A DNA stretch of 63,906 nt, the filler included, from Acidimicrobiia bacterium (GTDB taxonomy: Bacteria; Actinomycetota; Acidimicrobiia; Spongiisociales; JAENVV01), in NCBI GenBank assembly GCA_041577335.1. It is 3 parts of 3 records of this genome, joined end to end, with 100 filler letters (N's around TTAATTAATTAA, not from the genome) between each part and the next. Parts side by side here need not be neighbours in the genome. Positions count along the whole stretch, not along the records: positions 60,485 to 63,906 come from JBFGJH010000114.1; 2 more parts are not named here. One strand, 5' to 3'. The notes below the pieces were generated by a model. The model searched no databases. It had not been told where the DNA came from and saw only the letters and a list, made by a program, of their open reading frames with translations. Position 1 is the stretch's first letter; every line of letters starts with the position of its first letter. Position numbers and translations under genes: made by a program. Positions 63,276-63,906 of the stretch are shown piece by piece.

Positions 63276-63906
63276 CTTCTGTCTACTTCCACGAAGGCGA
63301 AACCGCCGTCGCACTGACCGACGGTTACGTGGGCAGTCCCATGTACGGCGTGGTATCAGAACACTGGATCGCATTGATTCTGGTGGGCGTGCTCATCGCC
63401 GGTAGTCGGCTGATCCGCAAGCGATTGGCGAACACGGCCTACGCAGGGCTCGACCACCCGCATCGCATGGCGTTTTGGTTGCTGCTCGCCAGCGCGGTGG
63501 TGCACCTCGGACTCGTGCTTGGCCATGATCTCGATGGGTACTCGGTGCTCTACGCAGCCGGGACAATCCTCCTCGCCGCGGCGACGTGGCTGATGTTGGG
63601 AGGCGGCCGCGGATGGAGGCCGATCGTTGCCACGGCCCTGGCGGTATCGCTTCTCGCCTATGTGATCGCAATGGTCGCCGGGGAGATCCCCGATCAGGTC
63701 GGCTTGGCAACCAAACTGGCTGAGCTCACCGCTCTGGCCATTCTCCTCGCTCCTCGGACCACGCGCACCCGGTTCCGCCTCATCGCTGTCAATGGCTTGA
63801 CCATCTTTCTGTTCCTGCTCGTCGGCGTTTCGGGATGGATCGGAGCGTTCAGCGGCGGGGGTGGTCACCATCTGGGCGATGTGCCCACGCCGGGGGTCCT
63901 GCTCCC
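63272..63906 (+). CDS. Multi-pass membrane protein, 3' truncated (absent from the ORF track)
   Basis: ATG 63272 (ATGA overlap) opens MTSVYFHEGETAVALTDG... with several TMs and no stop before the window end. Confidence 0.75.
   Translation, partial: MTSVYFHEGETAVALTDGYVGSPMYGVVSEHWIALILVGVLIAGSRLIRKRLANTAYAGLDHPHRMAFWLLLASAVVHLGLVLGHDLDGYSVLYAAGTILLAAATWLMLGGGRGWRPIVATALAVSLLAYVIAMVAGEIPDQVGLATKLAELTALAILLAPRTTRTRFRLIAVNGLTIFLFLLVGVSGWIGAFSGGGGHHLGDVPTPGVLL

Overview
High-GC actinobacterial sequence, most likely Acidimicrobiia-like (inferred from gene content and order). It is three contigs joined by artificial 100-nt linkers (N-run/TTAATTAATTAA/N-run) at 30610-30709 and 60385-60484. Contig 1 (1-30609) is accessory and metabolic: two sensor kinases, an OmpR-type regulator, a tpa-ald-xsc taurine-catabolism cluster, a lyase-like/SLH/beta-helix surface protein, a 5'-nucleotidase, a rearranged sarcosine-oxidase-like operon, an S8 protease with a Trp-pentapeptide tail, prpE and an MMPL transporter. 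Contig 2 (30710-60384) is mostly housekeeping: tRNA-Gly(TCC), tRNA-Arg(TCT), rdgB, rph, pdxH, helicases, ettA, serB, ssrA, smpB, ftsEX, prfB with a +1 frameshift, secA, hpf, comF and the 3' end of ahcY. It also carries a stand-alone NuoF-like gene, an SLH-anchored S8 protease and a structured tandem repeat at the ssrA 3' end. A translationally coupled HEAT-repeat + HD-GYP pair there shares an unnamed N-terminal domain. Contig 3 holds a partial penicillin-acylase-family gene and membrane proteins. No integrase, transposase or CRISPR array was seen. All calls rest on motif recognition by eye; no searches were run.
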